DNA of 64,000 bases, from positions 384,001-448,000 of the forward strand of contig JBGANV010000004.1 in the NCBI GenBank assembly GCA_044222185.1. The letters are read 5' to 3'. Position numbers and translations under genes: made by a program. This DNA comes from Planctomycetota bacterium (GTDB lineage Bacteria; Planctomycetota; GCA-002687715; CAIWVZ01). Position 1 is the first letter of the stretch. Every line of letters begins with the position of its first letter. This document shows positions 31,229-39,640 of the stretch, piece by piece. Below the pieces are notes generated by a model, which made no database searches, had not been told where the DNA came from, and worked only from the letters and a program-made list of their open reading frames with translations.

Positions 31229-32737
31229 ATGAGTCAGTCATCGTCCGTGGGCGTGCCGGGGTTTCGCGTCGTCGTCTTGACGACGTTTCTCTGCTTCGTC
31301 GGTTTGCTCTCGACGGGTTGCACCTCTGGATCCGGCAAGGTCGACCCGCCACCGGCGCCGAAGGTCGCACGTGCAGAGTCGCAGGCGTCGTCGATGAGCG
31401 GAGCTCGTGGCGCGGCGGCGTCGTCTGGTGCCGGGCGGTCCGATGCCGACATCGACGCGATGTGGGCCGACCCCACGTTCCAGAAGCAGTTCGTAGCCGG
31501 ATACGGCGTCAACTCCGAGATCGAACCGCGCGTGATGGCGGATGAGGTGGCGCTTCTCGAGAAGGTCCGACCGCTCATGGCCGAGAACCTCCCGGCGGCG
31601 GAGGCGATGCTGATCGAGCAGATGAAGCCGAACGCGTCGGCCATGCTGGATTTCACACTCGGTGGAATCCAGTTCCAGCAGAACAAGTTGCCCGAGGCCC
31701 TGGAGAACTACCGGAAGGCCGTGACGAAGTTCCCCGGCTTCCGCCGCGCTTGGCGCAACCTCGGGTTGATTCACGTGCGCATGGCCGCCTACGACGACTC
31801 GATCCAGGCGTTCACGAAGATGATCGAGCTTGGAGGAGGCGATGGTTACGCGTTCGGATTGCTTGGGTTCGCGTATTCCGCGAAAGAGGACTACCAGCCG
31901 GCGGAGGCGGCGTATCGGAGCGCTCTGCTGCTTCAACCTGACAACACGGAATGGCGGCTGGGCCTCACACGTTGCGTCTTCAAGCAGCAGAAGTACGAGG
32001 ACGCGGCGACGCTGCTCGATGCGTTGCTCGCGCGCTATCCCGACAACGCGCAGTTCTGGTTGCTTCAGGCACACACCTACATCGGGATGAAGCAGCCGAT
32101 CAAGGCGGCGGAGAACCTGGAGGTCATCGATCGACTCGGGAAGTCGACGCCCGACAGCCTGCACACGCTCTCGGATCTGTACGTGAACGAAGGCCTGATG
32201 GAGCGGGCATGCGACGCCACGACTCGGGCGATCAACGTCGACACGGCGCAGCCGATGGGACGGCCGCTTCGCTCGGCGGAGGTGCTCGCCGCACGTGGCG
32301 CACTTGCGCCGGCGCGCGAGATCGTCGCGCACGTGCACACGGTGTGGGGCGGTCGAATGGAGGAAGGCGATCGGCGCAAGCTTCTGAAGCTCGAGGCGCG
32401 ACTGAGCCTGGCGGAGGGGGCGAACACTGCTGAGACCGTGGCCGTGCTCGAGGAGATCGTGATGCTCGATCCGTTGGACGGAGAGGCCCTCATGCTCTTG
32501 GGGCAGCACTACTCACGCCAGAACCAACCGGACCGGGCGATCCTGTACTACGAGCGGGCGGAGAGCCTCGAGGCATTCGAGGTCAACGCGAAGGTTCGCC
32601 ATGCACAGGTGCTCGTGGCGCAGTCGCGGTTTCTCGACGCCATTCCGCTGTTGCGTCGAGCCCAGGAGCTGAAGCCGCGCGAGGACATCGCGCGCTACCT
32701 GGAGCAGGTCGAGCGCGCTGCGAAGGCGAAACGCTGA
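31229..32737 (+). CDS. tetratricopeptide repeat lipoprotein
   Basis: Lipobox-like LSTGC; many TPR units (ALENYRKAV..FP, AYRSALLLQPDN). Confidence 0.85.
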   Translation: MSQSSSVGVPGFRVVVLTTFLCFVGLLSTGCTSGSGKVDPPPAPKVARAESQASSMSGARGAAASSGAGRSDADIDAMWADPTFQKQFVAGYGVNSEIEPRVMADEVALLEKVRPLMAENLPAAEAMLIEQMKPNASAMLDFTLGGIQFQQNKLPEALENYRKAVTKFPGFRRAWRNLGLIHVRMAAYDDSIQAFTKMIELGGGDGYAFGLLGFAYSAKEDYQPAEAAYRSALLLQPDNTEWRLGLTRCVFKQQKYEDAATLLDALLARYPDNAQFWLLQAHTYIGMKQPIKAAENLEVIDRLGKSTPDSLHTLSDLYVNEGLMERACDATTRAINVDTAQPMGRPLRSAEVLAARGALAPAREIVAHVHTVWGGRMEEGDRRKLLKLEARLSLAEGANTAETVAVLEEIVMLDPLDGEALMLLGQHYSRQNQPDRAILYYERAESLEAFEVNAKVRHAQVLVAQSRFLDAIPLLRRAQELKPREDIARYLEQVERAAKAKR

Positions 32738-32753
32738 GGCGAGACGGGGCTGA

Positions 32754-33548
32754 TCAGAGCGACAGATCGAGGCGGGACATCATGGGACCGCAGATTTCCG
32801 TCACGGCGTCGGCGTCAGCGGAAGTCAGATCACGCCGCCAGCGGGCGATACTGCTCGCGGCGGTCGCGCTCGATCCGTGTGTGCGTATCGACGTGTTCGT
32901 GGCGATCTCTCGATCGATCGCACCGTCCCATTCGAGTCCGAACCACTCGATGATGCCGCGCGCGGTCAGCGTCGGGTCCGTCACGAGCGCGTCGTAGCGG
33001 ACGACATGCGGGTCACGGATGCGGGGCAGCAGGAACTCGTACGTCTCGCGCCAGATTCTGGCGAGACTCGACACGGTGAGTGTGCGGAGTTGTTCCTCCC
33101 GGGGGCCGTTCCCCACGACGCGTTGCGCCATGATCCGATACGAAACGACCACATCTCGCGGGTCTCGCACGAGCAGGATGATGCGAATCGATGGAGCCCA
33201 TTGCGCTGCCATTCCCACCGCGACGTAGTCCGGCAACTTGTCACCGAAGTACCTGATGGATGGGCCGAAACGACCGGCGTAGTACTCCTCCATGATCGGG
33301 AGGAGGTGGGCCCGAAAGACGTTCCCGAGGAGCGGATGCGTATCGGCACTCACGACGCCGCGCACTCCTGTCCCTGCGTGGGTCTCTCCGTACGGGAGTG
33401 CCACGATCTGGTCGGCGAGGAGGAGCGCATCCAGGATGCGGGCCTCGTTCGTGATCCCGATCTGGGGGTGGGCGTTCAGGAGGTGAAAGAGATACGTCGA
33501 ACCGGACCGGCCTGAGCCGGTGATGAAGAACGGAGTCCTCACGATCAC
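32754..33548 (-). CDS. sulfotransferase family protein
   Basis: 5'-PSB FITGSGRSGST, GDKLP, 3'-PB VRDPRDVVVS, VRYDALV, SSIARW; GTG start inferred. Confidence 0.88.
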   Translation of the reverse strand: MIVRTPFFITGSGRSGSTYLFHLLNAHPQIGITNEARILDALLLADQIVALPYGETHAGTGVRGVVSADTHPLLGNVFRAHLLPIMEEYYAGRFGPSIRYFGDKLPDYVAVGMAAQWAPSIRIILLVRDPRDVVVSYRIMAQRVVGNGPREEQLRTLTVSSLARIWRETYEFLLPRIRDPHVVRYDALVTDPTLTARGIIEWFGLEWDGAIDREIATNTSIRTHGSSATAASSIARWRRDLTSADADAVTEICGPMMSRLDLSL

Positions 33549-33983
33549 ACGCTTCTTGTGATGGCGTCGAATTGGGCGGGGTGCGTCAACCCGATGCCGA
33601 GATGTCTCGACTCGCAAGTCTGCCAGCGTAGCGTTCTGCCGGTTGGGTGCCCGATGATATCTCCGGGACTCGGATTGCGAGGGGGTGACCCACCGCGGGA
33701 TGGCGACCGATTCGGCTCGCCGGTTACCCATGCAGGAATCTCGGTCGGGCACCTCCGCAGAAACCTCGCCGGTCCAACGGGCAGGCCTCGGTCCTGACGC
33801 CTGGAGCCTCTGCATCTCCGCACTGGCGTTCGACCGAGCGCATCGGTTGTTCTCGGTGGGTGCGAAAAACCACAGGTCGCGAGCGTCATCCTCTTGACGG
33901 AAATACCGCGGAGTGGGGTCGGGCGCGACGCACGCAGTCCAATCGGCTCCTCCGGATCAACTCCCGCGGCGTCGGAGGATGTG

Positions 33984-36488
33984 ATGGGCATGATGACGAT
34001 GGAGGCGATGGCGCACGATGAATCGGGCTCGAATGACTTGGGGGGTGGCGCGCGTGCGCCGCAGGTCTGCTTGAACCTCGTTCAGGGGTTGCCGGGCCAA
34101 CGGGTTCTGCAGGAGACGCTCGTCGCCGCCCGGACCGGGGACATTCACAACCGCGCGCTGTGCTTCTGGCTCGCGGAGATGGACGAACGTGGGTTGTCGG
34201 TCCTTGCCGGGTGTCCGACGACGGTGGATTTCGCACGGCGTCGTCTCGATCTCAGCCGTCGGCAGGCACGTGACCTCATTGCGACGGGGCGTGGGCTCAA
34301 TGAGCTCGAGCGGATCGACGAGGCATTCGCCACCGGGGCGATCTCGTGGTCCAAGACGCGGCTCATCGTTCGTGTGGCTGTTCCGGAAACGGAGATCGAG
34401 TGGCTCGCGCGCGCCATGGCGGTCTCCACGCGCGAGCTCGAGGCCGAGGTCGCAGCGTCAGAGCGAGGCCGCCGTCCACGGGAGGACCGTCTGGGATTGC
34501 CCACGATTCGCACGAGGATCTCGGTGCGCGTCGACCTGGTTCTGAACGAGATGTGGGAGCTGTGCCAACGGAAGGCTGCCGCCGAGTCCAGGGCCGAAGT
34601 GCTGCCGGATGACGTCCTCCGCCTGGTCTGCGAGACGTACCTGCGCGGCGGAGACTCTGCCGGCGGCAAGGATTCCGACCCGGCGGAGGGCAAACGGTCG
34701 AGAGATTCCCTCTTCCGCCTCGTCGTCAGGCGTTGTCCCGACTGCCGAGACGCGCACCTGCTCACGGACGACGGCCCCGCGCCCATCGACGCAAGAGCTG
34801 GCGACGCAATCTCCTGCGATGCGTCAGGTGTCAGTGAAGCGGCCCTGAGGGACTTGGACGAACCGCCCGTTTCAACGACGGCGTCGAATGCGCTGTCGGC
34901 GGTTGCAGTTCCGCTGGCGATCGACGACCCGACGCCGCGCTGGCTGCGTGACCGGGTCTTGGTTCGCGATGGCCTGCATTGCCTCCGGTGCCAGAGCCGG
35001 CAGGAACTGATGGTGCATCATGTGGCGCTCCGATCGCAGGGCGGCCGGACGTCACCTTCCAATTTGATCACGCTTTGTGCCCGGTGTCATGCCCTGGTGC
35101 ACGAAGGGTTGATGCGGGTCGAAGGGGAGGTCCCCGATGGCATTCGGTTCCTCGACCGCGATGGACGCGAGGTCGGAATGGGTGATGCCCTCCGAGAGCC
35201 CGACTGGCGGGTGTTTCGCGTGATGTCGGGTGGCCCGCCCGCCAGCCCGAAGGGCGGCGCACGTGCGCCTTGCGGCGACGACGCCGGAACGGCCGATCGC
35301 GCGCCACAGGCTGCGACCGGGTCTTCTAACGGTGTGGGGGAATCCGCCTCTGAGGTCGTCGGGGTTGGCTCCGCTCGCGATGAGTTGGCATTCGACACTC
35401 TGCCTGATCGTGTCGGTCCGGGTTGGTTCGACCGCCACGCGCATCTGCTGTCGTGGAACGAGAAGCGGCATGCGCTCGAGGTCACACCCGGGCGGGCGGC
35501 CGAGGTGGATCATGCAGATTCTCCGGGTGCCGCGGCACCCCCGACCTCGACGGCGGCCCAGCCCAACCTGTCCTTCGACGCCATCGTCGGGCAGGAGGAA
35601 ATCGTGGGACGGCTCCGGATCGCGGTCGCAGCGGCGACGATCGAGCGGCGTCCGGTGGCGCATGTTCTGTTCACCGGTGGGCCAGGTCTCGGCAAGTCGA
35701 CGTTCGCTCGGGCGCTCGCGGTTGAGGTCGGCACCGTCTGCCATGTCGGATCAGGAACGACCCTTCGTGATCCTCTGGCGCTGGTCGGACTTCTCGTGCG
35801 GATTCGCCCGAACGAGGTGCTCTTCATCGACGAGGTTCACGCCCTGCCGGCCCGCGTCGCAGAGACCCTGTACGAGGCGATGCAGGAACGTACGTTGACC
35901 ATGCCCGTCACGGATGGGGTTCGGACGCGAACGCTCGTGCTCGAGGTGGCACCCTTCACCCTCGTTGGTGCCACGACAGATCCCGAGAAGCTGCCGGCTC
36001 CATTCGTCAGCCGGTTCCCGATTCATGCGGAAGTCTCGGCGTACCCGGTAGCCGAACTGGCTCGGATCGTGACGGGTGCCGCGGCTCAGTCGGGGGTCGC
36101 GATCACCGCGGATGCCGCGGCCCTGCTGGCGGAGGCGGCTGGCGGCGCCCCGCGGCGCGTACTCGGCCATTGGTCGTTCGTGCGCGATTTTGCGCTGGCG
36201 GATTCCTGCGCTGTCGTCGACCGAGACCTCGTGCGGCGGGCATTCGACAAGGCCGGGCTGGATGGCCGTGGGCTTGGCCCGACTCACCGCGCGATCGTCG
36301 AGCGACTCCGAGCGCTTGGCCGGCCGGTCGGCGCCGCGCGCCTCGCCGCCATGATGGGCATTCCGCAGCGCGTGTTCCGCGAGGTATTCGAGGCGGATCT
36401 CCTCCGAAACAGCCTCATCGCCGCGACACCGGCAGGGCTCACCGCGACGGTCGCGGCGCAAGTGCGCCAGCCGGACGAGGACGAATAG
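33984..36488 (+). CDS. DUF222-like/HNH endonuclease fused to RuvB-like AAA+ ATPase
   Basis: N-terminal DUF222-like block; VLVRDGLHCLRC...HHV...GG....NLITLCARCHALVH; then FDAIVGQ, HVLFTGGPGLGKST, LFIDEVH, FTLVGATT, SRF, GAPR, DGRGL, PVG; GGAGGA RBS. Confidence 0.88.
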   Translation: MGMMTMEAMAHDESGSNDLGGGARAPQVCLNLVQGLPGQRVLQETLVAARTGDIHNRALCFWLAEMDERGLSVLAGCPTTVDFARRRLDLSRRQARDLIATGRGLNELERIDEAFATGAISWSKTRLIVRVAVPETEIEWLARAMAVSTRELEAEVAASERGRRPREDRLGLPTIRTRISVRVDLVLNEMWELCQRKAAAESRAEVLPDDVLRLVCETYLRGGDSAGGKDSDPAEGKRSRDSLFRLVVRRCPDCRDAHLLTDDGPAPIDARAGDAISCDASGVSEAALRDLDEPPVSTTASNALSAVAVPLAIDDPTPRWLRDRVLVRDGLHCLRCQSRQELMVHHVALRSQGGRTSPSNLITLCARCHALVHEGLMRVEGEVPDGIRFLDRDGREVGMGDALREPDWRVFRVMSGGPPASPKGGARAPCGDDAGTADRAPQAATGSSNGVGESASEVVGVGSARDELAFDTLPDRVGPGWFDRHAHLLSWNEKRHALEVTPGRAAEVDHADSPGAAAPPTSTAAQPNLSFDAIVGQEEIVGRLRIAVAAATIERRPVAHVLFTGGPGLGKSTFARALAVEVGTVCHVGSGTTLRDPLALVGLLVRIRPNEVLFIDEVHALPARVAETLYEAMQERTLTMPVTDGVRTRTLVLEVAPFTLVGATTDPEKLPAPFVSRFPIHAEVSAYPVAELARIVTGAAAQSGVAITADAAALLAEAAGGAPRRVLGHWSFVRDFALADSCAVVDRDLVRRAFDKAGLDGRGLGPTHRAIVERLRALGRPVGAARLAAMMGIPQRVFREVFEADLLRNSLIAATPAGLTATVAAQVRQPDEDE

Positions 36489-36605
36489 GGTCAGCTGGGC
36501 GACTGGCGCGGCGGCGCCGGATCGGCCACGGGGGAGGTGTCTCCGCGATCGTTCTCACCGACCCGTGTCGTATGTTGCGGCTTCTGCGGAGTCATCTCAG
36601 TCGGC

Positions 36606-36900
36606 ATGAGCGACATTCCATCGACCCCCGGTTCGACCCAACTCGTCACCCCCGAGGCGCTTCTCGCGCACGCCCTGTTCGTGCGCAACGTCGCCCGGCG
36701 CCTCACGCGCGACCGCGCAGAAGCGGAGGATGTCGAGCAGCCGACGTAGTTGCGGCTCCTCGTGGGAGGGCAGCGGATGATCTCGAATCCTGTCGCTTGG
36801 CTCCAGCAGGTCGTGCGTGGGATGGCACACCGGCTGCGGCGTCGTGAGGGTCGGCGATCGACCCGCGAGTGGATGTCCACCCATCCCGAATCGCTCCCCG
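36606..36900 (+). pseudogene. ECF sigma factor (sigma2 region) remnant with premature TAG
   Basis: LLAHALFVRNVARRLTRDRAEAEDVEQPT*L...NPVAWLQQVVR...RRREGRRSTRE; TAG at 36747-36749 where Trp is usual; no sigma4 follows. Confidence 0.75.
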
Positions 36901-37053
36901 TCGCCAGGCCCATCGAGTTCGGCCGGTCCGACGTGCGCTTCGTGATGCGCCGCAAGACCGCGCGCGCGATTTTTCGTTACCAACGACGACGGCACCCCGC
37001 TGCGCAGCCGCGAAGCGTGCTGCATCCCGGATTCGGAACGCCGGCGCGGCCAG

Positions 37054-38394
37054 GTGGTCGCGTGGTTCGCCGTCAAGGCGCGCGCCGACGATCAGGCGGA
37101 CGGATCCTGTCGACTCCCCTCGGTCAGCCGCGGACCGGTGTTGATCGGGATCCGCACTCCGAACGGTACGTTCACTCTCGATCATTGGGACGTGCCCGAC
37201 GGCGGCGACGCGAGACACGAGATCCGCATGCCGCGCACGAAGGCGATCGAACTGCGCACCCGCACGCCGAACGGCTCACCCGTCGGAGGCGTGAGCGTCT
37301 CCGTCTGCCTTGCCGATGCCGAGTTCGTCGCGCGAGCCGACTCGGTCACGAACGACGTCTTCGCCACCGACTGGGCCGGCAGCGGCGGCAACGGCGGCGG
37401 CGGAGGCTCGGCCATGATCATGACTCGCGGCGAGACCGATGCCGCGGGAGTGATGACGGTTCAGCTCCCGATCTTGCGACCGCTCTGGTTCGAGGTCGGC
37501 GGCCGGACCGTCGCGGACCTGGTCGGACCGCAGACCGTCTCCTCGACGGTGGACCGCTTGGATCTCATCGTGAGCCTCGGCGCGACGATCGAGGGCACGC
37601 TCACACCGCCCGCGGCCCTGCAGAGGTTCGTCGCGGGGTTCTGCGGGGGTGGGCGGCGCCTCGCCGTGCGACTTCGCGCGTCGGAATCGGACCCGCGGTC
37701 GGTACCCGGGACACGCGCGCTGGACGAGGTTCCCGTGGACGACCTCGGGCGGTTCTCGATCGCGCACGTACCGGTGGGGACGTGGAGCCTCCAACTCGTC
37801 GTGCCGGGCGACATGGACGGTGAAGGATCGATGACGTCGTCCGTCGAGCCGCCCCTCGCGACGCTCACGCTCGCGGGCGACGAATCCGTTCAGCGGGCGT
37901 TCGACCTCACGCCCGTCGCTCCCGTGCGGATCCACGGCCGCGCGACGCTCGACGGCACGGCGCTTGGGGACGGCCTCGTCGTGTTCCGCGCGGCGCGAGT
38001 CGAACAGCGCTCGGGTGTGCCCGCGCGGCTCGCCGTGACCCGCGCGAATGGTGAGTTCACGGCCTTCGCGCTTCCAGGCGCGGTCGCAGCCGAGGGGCGC
38101 CGCGGCACCGAGCGCGCGGTCGGAGTCGCCTGGATTCCAGTCGCCGAGCCGCGTGACCTGCGCGCCGGCACCGACGTGGAGTGGAACCTGGACTTCACGT
38201 CGCCGCCAACCGGCAGGAAGTCGTGCGCAGGAAGTCGTGCGCAGGAAGTCGTGCGCAGGAAGTCGTGCGCCAAACGCGATCGCTCGCTTGGGGCCGAGCG
38301 ACGCGTCGCCTCGGCTCAACCCCGCCGACCCGCCTCTACTTCGCCACCACCCACCGCAGCATCTCGCGGAAACTTGCGGCCTTCCCTTGCATGA
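37054..38394 (+). CDS. carboxypeptidase-regulatory-like repeat protein fragment (probably C-terminal part of decayed ECF fusion)
   Basis: TDAAG, GATIEG, VDDLGRFSIAHVPVGTW, TRANGEF...PG repeats; no signal peptide or clear RBS; tail runs through a 14-bp repeat. Confidence 0.55.
   Translation: MVAWFAVKARADDQADGSCRLPSVSRGPVLIGIRTPNGTFTLDHWDVPDGGDARHEIRMPRTKAIELRTRTPNGSPVGGVSVSVCLADAEFVARADSVTNDVFATDWAGSGGNGGGGGSAMIMTRGETDAAGVMTVQLPILRPLWFEVGGRTVADLVGPQTVSSTVDRLDLIVSLGATIEGTLTPPAALQRFVAGFCGGGRRLAVRLRASESDPRSVPGTRALDEVPVDDLGRFSIAHVPVGTWSLQLVVPGDMDGEGSMTSSVEPPLATLTLAGDESVQRAFDLTPVAPVRIHGRATLDGTALGDGLVVFRAARVEQRSGVPARLAVTRANGEFTAFALPGAVAAEGRRGTERAVGVAWIPVAEPRDLRAGTDVEWNLDFTSPPTGRKSCAGSRAQEVVRRKSCAKRDRSLGAERRVASAQPRRPASTSPPPTAASRGNLRPSLA
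38213..38268. repeat. minisatellite, 4 x GCAGGAAGTCGTGC
   Basis: Four perfect tandem 14-mers. Confidence 0.95.
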
Positions 38395-39640
38395 GAATGC
38401 CCGTTCGGAAGATCTTGCCGGCGGCCCAGACGAAGAGGACGGTCGTAGCTGCGCAGATCACGAGCGACAGTGCCACCTGCCAAAGGGGTGGGGCGGGCTG
38501 AAGCGTGAGCCGCAACAGCATGAGCGTCGGTGCCGACAGTGGGAAAAGTGACGCGGCCACGGCGAACGCGCTGTCGGGACTCTTGATCACGGCAGTCCAG
38601 GCGAACATCGGCATGACGATGATGAGCATGGCGGGCGTCATCAGCGTCTGCGCATCCTTCAGCTCCGTGCACGCGGAACCGATGGCGATGAACATGGAGC
38701 CGAACAGGAACACGGCGAGCAGGAGATAGACGATGAACCACGCGAGCACGGAGGGCGGAACCGCATCGGCGTATCCGTGGTACGCGGCGAGGGCGTAACC
38801 ACCGCTCAGATACAACGCCGCGAGCAGGCCCGAGATGCCGACGCTCGAAACGAGCTTGCCCATCATCAACTGAAACGGCGTGACGGAGCCCAGCAAGACC
38901 TCGCTGATCCGGCTCATCTTCTCTTCGAGCACGCCGTTGAGGAGCTGCGGCGACGACGACATCACGATGAAGAACATCACGCCCATGAGGATCGCCGGGA
39001 TGATGAACGTGAGCACGACGTTCACCGCCTTCGCGGGCTCGATTTCGCCGGAGGGCGTTCGGGTGAGCAGCCCACGCTGATCCGCCTCGACCCGCGCCTC
39101 GAGCTTGGCGACGAGCAGGGGATCGGTGATGCCGGCCGCCGCATAGCGCGCCTCCTTGAGTGTCACGTTCGCGATCTGCTCGATCCAATGAAGGAGATCG
39201 CGATAGCTCGGCGTGTCCGAGTAGTAGACGATCTTCGGCTCGACGAGGCCCGTCTTCGGCGACGTCTCCTCGGAGAACTCCGCGAACGCGAAGAGCTTCC
39301 CGGCGCGGATTTCGTCCGAGAGTTCCAACCGCACGTCGTCCGGCGATTTCTCGCCGGGATCGACGACGCGTCCCTTGAACTTGGCGAGCTCGGGTTTGGC
39401 CATCTCGTCGATCTTCTTCGAACGCATCTGCGTCGCCATGAGGAGTGGCGCCGCGATCTTGCCCGTGCGATCGACCACCGCGAACTGGCGTTCGGTGACG
39501 TCCACGTGCTTCTCGGTGATCACCTGGACGACGATGGAGATCGTCGTCATCAGCGGCGCCATCAGGAGGCCGATGATGAACCCCTTGCTGCGAATCGCTG
39601 TGCCGAACTCGGATCTGGCGACGACGGCGATCTTGTTCAT
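38336..39640 (-). CDS. ABC-2 transporter permease (NatB-like)
   Basis: IRSKGFIIG, VLEEKMSRISEVLLGSV.P.QLM.GK, AIGS, KIFR.GILMQGK. Confidence 0.9.
   Translation of the reverse strand: MNKIAVVARSEFGTAIRSKGFIIGLLMAPLMTTISIVVQVITEKHVDVTERQFAVVDRTGKIAAPLLMATQMRSKKIDEMAKPELAKFKGRVVDPGEKSPDDVRLELSDEIRAGKLFAFAEFSEETSPKTGLVEPKIVYYSDTPSYRDLLHWIEQIANVTLKEARYAAAGITDPLLVAKLEARVEADQRGLLTRTPSGEIEPAKAVNVVLTFIIPAILMGVMFFIVMSSSPQLLNGVLEEKMSRISEVLLGSVTPFQLMMGKLVSSVGISGLLAALYLSGGYALAAYHGYADAVPPSVLAWFIVYLLLAVFLFGSMFIAIGSACTELKDAQTLMTPAMLIIVMPMFAWTAVIKSPDSAFAVAASLFPLSAPTLMLLRLTLQPAPPLWQVALSLVICAATTVLFVWAAGKIFRTGILMQGKAASFREMLRWVVAK

Noticed and set aside
33984-36488. Annotation as the housekeeping ruvB
   Set aside because: It has a ~530-aa N-terminal nuclease extension, no ruvA/ruvC neighbours and altered wing residues, so the gene symbol was withheld.
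36747-36749. Pyrrolysine or amber recoding of the in-frame TAG
   Set aside because: The position normally encodes Trp (TGG to TAG is one transition), the gene is otherwise broken, and TAG serves as a normal stop elsewhere in the window.
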